DNA of 64,000 nucleotides from Candidatus Marinacidobacterales bacterium (GTDB taxonomy: Bacteria; Acidobacteriota; Vicinamibacteria; Marinacidobacterales; SMYC01): assembly GCA_965237955.1 (NCBI GenBank), contig OZ250169.1, positions 5,728,001 through 5,792,000 of the forward strand, in the 5' to 3' direction. A program made the translations under genes and the position numbers. This document shows positions 1 to 10,244 of the stretch, one piece after another; position 1 is the first letter of the stretch; each line of letters begins with the position of its first letter. The notes beneath the pieces were generated by a model, which made no database searches, was not told the origin of the DNA, and was given only the letters and a program-made list of their open reading frames with translations.

Positions 1-98
1 TGGGCATCGACCACGAGAAGCTCACCTACAAGTTCCAAGGCCGGCAGTATCGATTGACTGACGTACACGGAAGGCTGGTGCGAGGGATCTTGGCTTGA
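1..98 (+). CDS. C-terminus of a DUF1501-like protein (partial, runs off the window)
   Basis: Frame from base 3 reads [31 protein letters not shown], the typical DUF1501 C-terminal signature. Confidence 0.7.
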   Translation, partial: GIDHEKLTYKFQGRQYRLTDVHGRLVRGILA

Positions 99-357
99 GC
101 GAACAGCAATGACTCAAGCCACCCCCCTTCTTGGGGATGGGACCCAACCACTGGATGGGCAACGGTATGGCCTGCGACCGGGCCCGGCGGACGCCCGCTC
201 GCGCTCCGGACCCGAAGACGATGAGAGGCCGGAAGGGGCTTCTGACGAGGAGCCCCACGGCAAGTCTTCGAAAGGCGCGCGGGCTGCTCCGTTTCTACCA
301 TTGCGAAGCCGCATGAGTATTTTGACCACACGGGTATCGTTTGATTCATTGTTGAAA

Positions 358-432
358 AAGGTAGGGAGGACCGGCTCGGTCCTCCGAAATGGGCAACGCA
401 AAAAGGAGGACCGAGCCGGTCCTCCCTACCTT
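358..432. repeat. Inverted REP doublet (REPIN-like, GTAG type); likely bidirectional terminator
   Basis: AAGGTAGGGAGGACCGGCTCGGTCCTCC and its exact reverse complement lie about 20 bp apart. Each unit is GTAG plus a hairpin, between convergent genes. Confidence 0.7.
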
Positions 433-441
433 TAGGTTGCC

Positions 442-1212
442 CTACCTTAATTCAGCGTACGCGTCTAATATTTCAGAATACGCTTTTTTATAGAATACGA
501 TGTCGGCTCCGTGGACGAGGAGTTGGGCTCCGAGGTCTTTCATGCATTTCGCATGATCCATGTCGAAGACGAGCGTCCCGAATGCTTTTCCAGCGGCAAT
601 CGTTTTTTCAGCGATGGTTCGCGCCGCTTCGAGCGTCTCTTTTCTTTTCACATCGCCAGGTCTTCCTGTAAGGGCAGAATAGTCTCCGGGTCCAAAGAAG
701 ATGCAATCTACTCCGTCAACGGATGCGATTTCTGAAACGTTTTCTAAGGCTTCGGGCGATTCGATTTGAGCGGTGATCCAAGTGTTTTCATTCGCCTGGT
801 TAGTGTAGTCTTCAGCGGGATACTGTCCGTAGTTATTGTCGGCGCTTCCGCCATCAAAACCACGCTCGCCCATCGGGTGGAATTTAGACCATTTGACGAC
901 TTCTCGGGCTTCTTCCGCGGATTTACACCGCGGATACAGGATTCCCTGCGCTCCTGCCTCGAGAAGTCGGCCCATTCGCATGTATTCCCAACGTCCTGGA
1001 CGAGCGAGTAAGTCGACGTCGCCAACCCGAGATGCCCGGGCGAGGTTAGCGAATATTTCAACGCTTTTGTCGCTATGCTCAAGGTCGTACCAGAGGAAGT
1101 CGAATCCCATTTGACTGAGCACTTCCGTGTGTACGGGGTCGATCGACTTGACGAGAGTTCCCAGCGCGATTCCGCCGTTTTTCCAAATTTCCTTAGCTCG
1201 GCTTTGTTTCAT
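442..1212 (-). CDS. HpcH/HpaI-family class II aldolase
   Basis: 256 aa with motifs DFLWYDLEH, G-R-G, QIESPEA and FFGPGDYS. Confidence 0.85.
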   Translation of the reverse strand: MKQSRAKEIWKNGGIALGTLVKSIDPVHTEVLSQMGFDFLWYDLEHSDKSVEIFANLARASRVGDVDLLARPGRWEYMRMGRLLEAGAQGILYPRCKSAEEAREVVKWSKFHPMGERGFDGGSADNNYGQYPAEDYTNQANENTWITAQIESPEALENVSEIASVDGVDCIFFGPGDYSALTGRPGDVKRKETLEAARTIAEKTIAAGKAFGTLVFDMDHAKCMKDLGAQLLVHGADIVFYKKAYSEILDAYAELR

Positions 1213-1226
1213 ATGCGTAATTCAAA

Positions 1227-3231
1227 CTAGCCAATCCGTTGGCGTTGGGCCTCCCTGGATGCGAAAACAGATGTCAATAGGCCAGTGCCGAAACAGATTC
1301 CTATTCCGACAAGACCAAAAAGCAGTCCATTGAGATCGGTAAAGTACTTTGCGAATACAACAGCGGAAAGGCTGCAGATTACGCCGATCCAGGTGTGAGT
1401 GGCGTTGGCCTTCTTCACGAAGAGACCGAGAATAAAAAGCCCTGCCAGTGGACTAGCGATTAATCCCATGAGTCCGATGAGAAAGTCAAACATATGCCCT
1501 GTGTCCATAGTGGACATAATGATCGCAATCGTTGTGCCTAATATTCCAAGACCGCCAACGAGCAGGCGAGCAAATCGTAGCTGGCTCTCTTCGTTCCACG
1601 CGGACTTGAATCTCCCTATGAAATCATTGGAAACTGCGGTGCAAATGGAATGCATGCTGCTATCTAAACTTGACATGGAAGCCGCGAATACGCCAGCGAT
1701 AACCAATCCAGCTAATCCCGCGGGCATTTGATGGGCGACGAACCAAGGGAGAATCTGATCGTTTTTCTAAAGCGGGCCGAGGAGCCCTGGATTCGATTTG
1801 TAGAAAACGAATAGGGCGATGCCCATTATTGAGAAAATCAATGTCGCGGGGATAGCGAGCAAGGCATTGGTCCAGGCGGCTTTCTGGGCCTCCCGTTCGG
1901 AGCGGGTGGTGAGGTAGCGCTGAACCACTGCTTGGTCTGCCGTGTAGGGCACGAGCGCGTTGGAGAAAATCCCTCCGAGTATCAAGACCATGAATGAGTC
2001 GGTGGCCCAAGACCATTCGATAGGAGGCAGTTCGAACTTGCCGGCTTCTTCCCCTATCGAAATCAAGGTTGAAAGGCCGCCATCCAAATTGAGCGCCACA
2101 ATACCGAGAGCGATGAGGGCGCCGCCTACGAGTACGAAGACTTGGACAACGTCCGTCCAAATAACCGCTTTAATGCCTCCAAACGCTGTATACACGGTTG
2201 ATATCAGACCCATCATGAGAATGCAGAGGGTTAGATTGAATCCAGTGACGGCAGACAAGGCTAGCGCGGGAAGAAAGACTACGATTCCCATGCGAAATAG
2301 CTGGAAAATAATAAAGGACGCGCTCCCAAAAAGGTGCAGGCCGAGATCGAATCGATCTTCTAGAAATTGATAAGCGGTGACTGCGTTGAGTCTTCTAAGT
2401 CGAGGAATGTAGATGAAAGCGATGAGCGGAGCGACAATGAGAATGCCAAGGTTCAAGAGGATAGCCGACCAGTTTATTGCGTAGACGCGAGCGGGAAGGG
2501 CGAGATAAGTAATTGCGCTCAAAGTCGTGCCGAAAATGCTGATACCCGCCGCCCACCAAGGAATGGATCTTCCTCCCAAATAGAAATCCTCTGCCGTTTG
2601 CGTGTTGCGGGCGCAGACAAATCCGATTGCGAGTAGGCCTCCGAGATACACTAGCAGGGTAGTCCAATTCCGAAAGAGGCCGCGATTGGCGTGGCTGTGA
2701 GCTTCCAGATTTTGGGAGAGCGTACTCGGGGCCGAATTTCTCCTGACGCCACAAAGAAGTCGCCGTCCCATTTCGCGATCTGAGTAGTGACGTGGTTCTG
2801 TGGCATGTTCCCCGCTTTTTGCCAAGTATCCGTTAGGGCGTTGTATCCCCAGATCTGTTTGGGGAATCCGGGATGCTCATCTTTCAAGTCATCTGCTCGG
2901 TGGAAGAGAGATCCATCTCGCTCCTCCTATAACGAGAACATGGTTTTGACCTGATGGGATCGCTTCGCCCGCCATTATGCATGCGGGCGAGTCCGCGAGC
3001 CGTTTCCAAGAAGAACGAGACGGACTATAGGCGTAAGCGTCTTTCAAAAATTCGAGCTCGCCATTTTCGCCCAAGTGCCGACCGCTGAAAAGATAAACCT
3101 GTTCCTCGCGGCCATTGTTCTGGGTCGCGAGTACATTGAATCCGCGGGTAGGGCCAGGCCAAGCAGGCATTTTTTTCCACCTGAACGAGTCGCTCCCTTT
3201 TTCGTCGAGATCCAAAACCCAAAAGTTTTTC
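1227..3231 (-). pseudogene. 3' part of a Kelch/NanM-like propeller-sodium:solute symporter fusion (SiaT-like), with several frameshifts
   Basis: SSS motifs FYLGGRSIPWWAAGISIFGTTLSAITY, GGIKAVIWTDVVQ, DQAVVQRY and FAASMSSLDS are spread over ORFs 1227-1727, 1767-2825, 2651-2887 and 2889-3215. Kelch repeats lie upstream; the gene continues at 10729-11298. Confidence 0.8.
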
Positions 3232-3854
3232 GGTTCTCCTGTCGTTTCGGGGGATCTGATTTGTGTTGGAGGGGATGGCCTATGGACGCTGCCGCGATTG
3301 TGGAAAACGCCGGAAACTCCGGGCGAGAGAGGCGTTTAGGGAAAGGTTGTGAGCACGTACAAACGTGGAGCGGCGTTTTCCACAATCGCTTGGAAAACGC
3401 TTCGCGTTTCCCACGAGCGCCCACAGGCCCCTCCTGATATATATACAAGAAAGATTAATTCATATGGAATAAGGAAGGGGGGGCTCGATTAGTGGAGGCT
3501 ATGGAAAACGCCCTTCCAGGCTTCGAAGAGAACTCAGTCTTGAGCAAGGTCTGAACGACCAGAACCGTGGGGGCGTTTCCCACAGCCTCGTCTCCCGCTG
3601 AGGGACAGTGGCATTTGGTGAGGCCCGTGGGTTGAGAGGGTAAGCCATGTGTAGATGCGCATCGGCGAGAACGCTAGAATCTTTTTTTCCGAAAGAGAAA
3701 AGAGCGTTCCCGCGATGCGCGTTACTACGTTAGTCAACAAGCTCATCGGATTGCAAGGCCTGTGGGTCCGAGGTTTCCACTTCCAGGCGGACAAAGCCAG
3801 AGTGGTGGTGGATGTAGTACCACGGAGGAGGAAGCCTCTGTGCGGGATTTGCGG

Positions 3855-5299
3855 GGAGGTGCCCCCACCATAGTTGAAGGTTCGAGGTGGTGGCGGCTCC
3901 TGACACATGGTTTATCCGACTTTGGCGTGCTTGTCGAGCGCTTGATTCTCAGTGACCTCCGCTAACTTCGCTTCGAGGATCGGTAGCGATTGGTATCCAA
4001 TGATACGACGGAAATTTTTCTCCGTGGCGAGCAGAGCCGAAGCGGCCCATCTCAGAACCATCTTGCCATTGCGCCAGCGGGTGACGCGACGGGTACGACC
4101 TCGCGCACCGCTGAAGCACGACTCGATGATGTTCGTCGATCCAAGGCAGCGTTTCAGAGATGCGGGGAGGTCGAGCTCGTTGATGGTGAACATCTCGTCG
4201 AGCCCCTCCCGGATGCTCTCCGCCGCCGAGGGGTAGTCGTCCTCGAGCCACTTCGCCTGTTGCTCCAACCGCGCTTTGCCCTTCTTTGCTGGGAGCTGCC
4301 AGGCCGAACGCAGGCTCGCTTGCACTTGCGGCTTCAGCTCCTGCGGCAGATAACCGAGCACATTGCGCTCCTTGTGCTTCCTGCAACGCTGGACCTTGTT
4401 GTGGGTACCGAACACAGCGTCGACGGCGACCCGTAGCGCCTTGGAGCCATCGATCACGAACAGCCGACACCGCTCTGGGCTCAGGCCTCGTTCGACCAGG
4501 TCCTCCAGCAGCGCCTTGCAGACTATCTGGTTCTCCGATGCTCCATCCCGAAGCCCCAGAACATGCTTGTATCCCTCTGTATCTACGCCGATTGCCGCCA
4601 GCGCGTGGTGCTCGCCGAAGCGAATCCCGTCCAGGTACACGACCGCGATCTCCAGCTCGTCCAGCGGACGCTCCATCAGCCCCTGCAACTGCTCCGCGCT
4701 TGCTTCCACGAACTCACGGCTCACCTCGCTCTTGCTAACCCCTACCGTCTCCGCCATCTCGGGAAGAACCGACGCGTACTTGCGCGTCGACACACCCAGC
4801 ATCAGGATTTCCCAGATGCGTTGGCTCAGCCGAGACGAGTTGTTCACCGCTTCGTAGGCAGGAATCGCAACCTCCCCTCCCTCTGCCTTTCCCTTACGCC
4901 GCAGACGTGGCCGGCTCACTCTCAACTTCCGCTCCGCAAGGCTTACTACGCCACCCTGCCGGCCGTGCCAGCGAACATCGCTACCCTTCTTCCCCGGGTG
5001 TTTCTCCCCAGCCACACTTTGGGCTGACAGATCCAAGACCGCTTCGATCGTCGCTCGGCCAGCAACGTCGATCACTTCGTCGATCGCTATCTCGGTTCGC
5101 TTAATCGCATCCAAGAACGGCAACAGAGCTTGCCCCTTCGAGCTCAGTATCTCTCGAAGCTTCTTCCTGTTCTTCGCATCGATGATTTGGTAATTTGACA
5201 TCGTGGTGGCTCCTTTCTTTTTCCTTCACAGCCGGATTCTATCGAACCCGGCCTTAGGAGCCGCCACTCCTAACCTTCAACTATCTCAGGGGCATCTCC
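3855..5299 (-). mobile_element. IS256-family element A, copy 1 (1445 bp)
   Basis: IRs GGAGGTGCCCC..ATAGTTGAAGGTT and GGAGATGCCCC..ATAGTTGAAGGTT. The 8-bp TSD ATTTGCGG is at 3847-3854 and 5300-5307. Confidence 0.95.
3912..5201 (-). CDS. IS256-family transposase (429 aa)
   Basis: Motifs GVSTR, YLDG, IDGSKAL, QRC..HK.RN and STNIIES. Confidence 0.95.
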   Translation of the reverse strand: MSNYQIIDAKNRKKLREILSSKGQALLPFLDAIKRTEIAIDEVIDVAGRATIEAVLDLSAQSVAGEKHPGKKGSDVRWHGRQGGVVSLAERKLRVSRPRLRRKGKAEGGEVAIPAYEAVNNSSRLSQRIWEILMLGVSTRKYASVLPEMAETVGVSKSEVSREFVEASAEQLQGLMERPLDELEIAVVYLDGIRFGEHHALAAIGVDTEGYKHVLGLRDGASENQIVCKALLEDLVERGLSPERCRLFVIDGSKALRVAVDAVFGTHNKVQRCRKHKERNVLGYLPQELKPQVQASLRSAWQLPAKKGKARLEQQAKWLEDDYPSAAESIREGLDEMFTINELDLPASLKRCLGSTNIIESCFSGARGRTRRVTRWRNGKMVLRWAASALLATEKNFRRIIGYQSLPILEAKLAEVTENQALDKHAKVG

Positions 5300-6081
5300 A
5301 TTTGCGGACGAACGGTCCGCAAGAACAAAGATCGCTACAATCGCTACTGGCGGCACTTGGACCTGTTCGGAGTCCGGACCTATCTTCGCTACTCGATCCG
5401 ACGAGTGGTATGTCGGCGGTGTGGAGTGGTCAGAGAAAAGGTGCCTTGGGCAGACAAGGGAAGCCGCTTTACCAAAAGCTTCGAACAAGAGGTAGCGTGG
5501 CTGGCACAGAGGACGGACGTCAGCGCCGTAGCGAACTATTTCCGAGTGACGTGGCGTTCGGTGCGACGGATCATCCAGCGAGTGGTTGCCGAGCAGCGGG
5601 ATGAGCGGCGCGAGCTCGATGGATTGCGGGTGATTGGGATGGACGAGATCAGCTACCGCAAACGCCACAAGTACTTAACAGTGGTAATAGACCATCTCAG
5701 CGGCCGGGTCGCCTGGGCGGGAAAGGAGCGCAAGGCCAAGACGCTGCTGCGGTTTTTCCGCAAGCTCGGACCACAAAGAGCCGCGGAGCTCGAAGCGGTC
5801 AGCATGGACATGTGGGAGCCGTACATAACTGTCGTCGGCAAAAAGGCTCCTCAGGCACGGGTGATCTTTGACCGCTTCCACATCGTCAAGCATCTGAACG
5901 AGGCCGTGGATAAGACCCGGCGCGAGCTGGTGCGCGAGCTCAAAGGGACTGCCCGGCGCAACCTCAAGAACACCAAGTTTCCCCTTCTCAAGGCCAAACA
6001 CAACCGCAGCGCGAAAGACAAACGGGTGCTCCGCGAGCAGGTGCGAGCTAATCGTCGCCTCTACCGCGCCATGCTTCTGCG

Positions 6082-7449
6082 GGATGTGTCCCGAGGTCCG
6101 TGGAAAAAGAACAGCGCACCTCGACTCCGTCATCAGGGTATCAGATCAAGCGGCAACCTCCGCGTGTTCGAGAACCTCGCTCAGACGTTGGTAGCCGTCG
6201 ATGCGTCGTAGTTGAATCTGGCCAGAGGCGATAAGCCCAAACAGCAAAGCGACCGCGGACTCCTCGCTGAGAACGACGCTTGGGTTTTCGTCCGGCGTCG
6301 AAACTCGCGGTTGAGATTCTCCAGAGCATTGGTCGTGCGAATCGATTTCCACATGGCACGAGGGAATTCGTAGAAGGTCAGCAGCTGATTGCCGGCCTCC
6401 TCTAGGCTTCGGACGACGGCCGGCGCGAGAGGCGTCCATTTGGCGACGAGCTTGTCATAGGCTTTGCGAGCATCGATACCGTTTTTGCTGTAGACAATCC
6501 GGTTGTAGTCACGCCGGAGCTCGCGGCGTGCGTGCGCCGGGCAATGTTCGAGCAAGTTGGCGCGCTTGTGCTCCGTACATCGCTGCAACCGGCACTCCGG
6601 CCACTTCTCGAGCGCCTTCGTCAGCCCCTTGTGGCCGTCGCTGATCACCAGCTTGGGAGCCCGGAGTCCTCGGGCCTGGAGTCCTTCCAGCGCGGAGCCC
6701 CAATGCGTCGAGGATTCGCTCACTGCCAGACGCAACGACAACAGACGTTTCTGCCCGTCTGGCGAGACCCCGAGCGCTGCCAGCACAGGCACGCTGATCA
6801 CACGCTTCGCCATCCGCACCTTCAGGTGGAAGCCGTCCAGGTAAACGATCGCGTAGACTTCATCGCTAAGGTCACGGCTCTGCCATTCTTCGAAGCGCTC
6901 TTTTAGTCGGCTAACCACGCGAGACACCGCGCTTTTCGATAAGTGCTCTTCACCAAGCAGCGGTTTCAGCGCCCTGCGGATCCGACGGCTGTTCGCGCCC
7001 GACAAGTATGTCCCCAAGATCACCTCGTCGACCTCACGAGTGCGGCGCGCGTACCGGGGCAACAGCTCGCTTTTGAACTCCGTCGTCTCTCCCGTTTCCT
7101 CGTCTCGCACACGGGCTCGTGGCACTCGCAGCTCGCGTGTTCCCACCGATGTCGTCACGCGGCGGGTCTCGGCGCCGTTGCGATAACCACGGCGTCCTTC
7201 CGAACGCTCGTAGCTAACACAACCCAGCGCTTGGTCCACTTCCTCCTCGAGCACAACCTCGATCGCCTCCAGTACCCGCTTGCGCAACCGAAGCTGGACG
7301 AACTCCCGGTACTCGCTTACAGACTCCTTGGATATGGTGGTAGGCTTCTTCATGGCGTAATCCTCCTCCTCGCCTTTTCAGGCGCGGTTTTGATTTTGGT
7401 TAACCGGAGGTTACGCCATTCTTATTTCCACGGAACCCGGGACAGATCC
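6082..7449 (-). mobile_element. IS256-family element B (1368 bp)
   Basis: IRs GGATGTGTCCCGAGGTCCGTGGAAA and TTTCCACGGAACCCGGGACAGATCC. The 8-bp TSD CTTCTGCG is at 6074-6081 and 7450-7457. Confidence 0.9.
6146..7353 (-). CDS. IS256-family transposase B, frameshifted near the C-terminus (about 6265)
   Basis: Motifs GYRNG, YLDG, ISDGHKGL, QRC..HK and RTTNALENLNREFRRR. The natural C-terminus EESAVALLF...VAA* is in another frame. Confidence 0.85.
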
Positions 7450-7728
7450 CTTCTGCGCGACGACTTCATGGACCTCTACACCTACAAAACCGAGACATGG
7501 GCCAAGAAGTTTCTCCGAGGATGGCTGCGGCGCGCTATGAGCTCGAGGATAGAGCCCGTCAAACGCGCGGCGAAGATGATCCGCAGCCACTTCGATGGCG
7601 TCATCGCGTGGGTCACGTGGAGACTCAGCAACGGCCGACTCGAAGGAATGAACAACAAAATCCGGCTGCTGAGCCACCGCAGCTTTGGACTCCACTCTGC
7701 CGAAGCTCTCATCAGTGCGTATTCCGGG

Positions 7729-7876
7729 GCATCGTGAACGCAGATTCCAGCCGAAGGTGAACATCCATTCCAAAGCATCGTGAACACGGATTCCGGGGAT
7801 CGTGAACATCGATTCCGGGGAAGGTGAACACGGATTCCAGGCAACGTGAACGCCGGTTCCGGCATCGCGAACGCTC
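7729..7876 (+). repeat. Seven tandem 22-23-bp IS21 left-end repeats (core GTGAAC-N5/6-TTCC)
   Basis: Seen directly, e.g. GCATCGTGAACACGGATTCC, GGATCGTGAACATCGATTCC and GAAGGTGAACACGGATTCC. More degenerate inverted copies occur at about 10530-10645. Confidence 0.85.
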
Positions 7877-7956
7877 ATCGATAGCACGTTTCAAGGCAAC
7901 TCTAGGTCGTACCCGGAAGGAGGACGATCTAGGAACTGGCAGCTAAGAGGTTATCG

Positions 7957-9492
7957 ATGAGAAAAATACGAGAGGTTCTAAGGTTAAAGTACGAGCTGGG
8001 TTTTACTCACCGCATGATCGCAAAGGCACTTCGCGTGGCGGTTGGAACGGTGAGTGAGTACCTGGCCAAGGCGAAGAAGGGTGGTCTGAGCTGGCCGCTC
8101 CCGGAGGAGCTGAGCGACGGGGAGCTGGAGGCAGGGCTGTTTCCGCCGCCGGGCTCGTCTGGCGCACGGCCGGGTCTGGACTATGCCCACATCCACGAGG
8201 AGCTGAGGCGTCACCGAGAGCTGACGTTGCTGCAGCTGTGGGTGGAGTACGCGGAGAATAAGCCGGGAGCGTACGGCTACAGCCGTTATTGCGAGCTGTA
8301 CGGTCAGTGGAAGAAGAAGCTGAACCCGACGATGCGTCAACGGCATCGAGCAGGCGAGAAGACATTCGTCGATTTTTCGGGGAAGAAGCCTCACATCGTC
8401 GATCCGAAAACGGGAGAGCTCGTCGAAATGGAGCTGTTCGTCGGGACGTTGGGCGCGAGCAGTTACACCTACGTCGAAGCGACACTGAACCAGTCGCTGG
8501 AATCGTGGGCGAAGGCCCATAAGGGGATGTCGGATTACTTCGGTGGCAGTACGGAGATCTGGGTTCCGGACAACTTGAAGAGCGGCGTGGATTTGGTGGA
8601 CCGTTACGAGCCAGGGATCAACCGGACGTACGAAGAGATGGCGACGCATTACGGTGCGGTTGTGGTCCCGGCTCGGGTGTTCAAGCCGAAAGACAAAGCG
8701 AAGGTGGAGTCGGCAGTGCAGGTGGCGCAGCGCTGGATCCTGGCGGTGCTTCGTCATCGCACGTTCTTCAGCCTGGCGGAACTGAACGAAGCCATCTGGG
8801 AGAAGTTAGAGGTCCTGAATGCGCGTCCGATGCAGAAGCTCGGTGTGAGTCGGCGGGAGTTGTACGAAAGGCTAGACCGGCCCGTACTGAAACCGCTACC
8901 GCAGGAGAGCTACGAGTTATCGACGTGGAAGCGGTGCAGAGTGAACATCGACTACCACGTGGAGGTGGAGAACAACTTGTACAGCGTTCCCTATCAGCTC
9001 ATTCACGAGAAAGTCGAGGCACGGGTGACGGCCTCGGTGGTGGAGGTCCTGTTCAAGGGAAAGCGCGTCGCGTCGCATCCCCGCAAGAAAGGAAAGGGGC
9101 ACTACTCCACGAACCCGGAGCATATGCCACGTTCGCATCGGGAGCACCTGGAGTGGACGCCGTCGCGGCTGCTCCACTGGGCGGAGCAGTCAGGTCGCGC
9201 CACGGGAAGGCTGGTTGCGGGGATTCTAGAGAGTCGGCCTCACCCGGAGCAGGGATTTCGCTCTTGCCTGGGAGTCATGCGACTAGGCAGCCGCTGGGGC
9301 AGTGAGCGTCTCGAGGCCGCTTGCGCACGAGCGGAAGCTTTGAGCTCTTACAGCTATCGCACGGTGAAAAACATTCTCTCGGCTGGTCTGGATCGTGTGG
9401 TGCTCGAATCGGACGCCGAAGCGAAACCGCGAGAGGAGCACGAGAACATCCGAGGCGCGGATCACTACGAAGGAGGAGAGTCCCGATGCTGA
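7957..9492 (+). CDS. istA: IS21 transposase IstA
   Basis: HTH N-terminus; motifs GEKTFVDFSG, VPDNLKSGV, PKDKAKVE and NLYSVP. Confidence 0.95.
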   Translation: MRKIREVLRLKYELGFTHRMIAKALRVAVGTVSEYLAKAKKGGLSWPLPEELSDGELEAGLFPPPGSSGARPGLDYAHIHEELRRHRELTLLQLWVEYAENKPGAYGYSRYCELYGQWKKKLNPTMRQRHRAGEKTFVDFSGKKPHIVDPKTGELVEMELFVGTLGASSYTYVEATLNQSLESWAKAHKGMSDYFGGSTEIWVPDNLKSGVDLVDRYEPGINRTYEEMATHYGAVVVPARVFKPKDKAKVESAVQVAQRWILAVLRHRTFFSLAELNEAIWEKLEVLNARPMQKLGVSRRELYERLDRPVLKPLPQESYELSTWKRCRVNIDYHVEVENNLYSVPYQLIHEKVEARVTASVVEVLFKGKRVASHPRKKGKGHYSTNPEHMPRSHREHLEWTPSRLLHWAEQSGRATGRLVAGILESRPHPEQGFRSCLGVMRLGSRWGSERLEAACARAEALSSYSYRTVKNILSAGLDRVVLESDAEAKPREEHENIRGADHYEGGESRC

Positions 9493-10244
9493 CACCCGAA
9501 ACGATAGAAAAGATGAACGCCATGAAGTTGTTCGGCTTGGTGTCCGCGTTCGAAACCCAGTTGAGCTCGAGCGAATACAAGGAGCTGAGCTTCGAGGAAC
9601 GTGTGGGACTCCTGGTCGATGCCGAGTGGACCGCCCGCGAACAGCGTAAGCTTTCTCGACGACTGCGAGCGGCAAAGCTCCGCTATCCGGCATGTTTGGA
9701 GAACGTGAACTTCCAAGCGCCTCGAGGCTTAAACCGCGAACAGATCTTGAGCCTGGGCAACTGCCGCTTTGTCGGTGAGCGCCATAACCTGCTCATCACC
9801 GGCCCGACGGGGATTGGCAAATCGTTCTTGGCTTGCGCCTTCGTGGAGCGGGCCTGTCGTCGCGGCTTCACCGGATGCTACGTGCGAGCACCGCGCTTGC
9901 TCCACGAGCTCGCGGTCGCTCGTGGTGATGGTTCCTACGCCCGGCTTTTGACGAAACTCGCCAAGCTGGACTTACTGGCTATCGATGATTGGCTGCTTCA
10001 CCCGCTGAAAGAATCGGAGAGACGGGATCTAATGGAGGTCATCGAAGACCGCGCCGAGCGTGGCTCCACACTCATCGCGACCCAGATTCCGCTCAAGCAG
10101 TGGCACGAAGCGATTGGCGACCCAAACCAGGCAGACGCTATCTGCGATCGCATTCTCCACAGCGCGCACCGCATCACTCTCAAAGGAGCTTCTCTGAGAA
10201 AGACCAAGGCTGCGCCAAAGGCATTTGACAACGCCGATGCATGA
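9486..10244 (+). CDS. istB: IS21 helper ATPase IstB
   Basis: Walker A GPTGIGKS, Walker B LLAIDD and DAICDRILH. The ATG at 9486 overlaps the istA stop. Confidence 0.95.
   Translation: MLTPETIEKMNAMKLFGLVSAFETQLSSSEYKELSFEERVGLLVDAEWTAREQRKLSRRLRAAKLRYPACLENVNFQAPRGLNREQILSLGNCRFVGERHNLLITGPTGIGKSFLACAFVERACRRGFTGCYVRAPRLLHELAVARGDGSYARLLTKLAKLDLLAIDDWLLHPLKESERRDLMEVIEDRAERGSTLIATQIPLKQWHEAIGDPNQADAICDRILHSAHRITLKGASLRKTKAAPKAFDNADA

Noticed and set aside
7729-7876. Possible CRISPR array
   Set aside because: The units are contiguous degenerate 22-23-mers without spacers, lie inside the IS21 end, and no cas genes are present.
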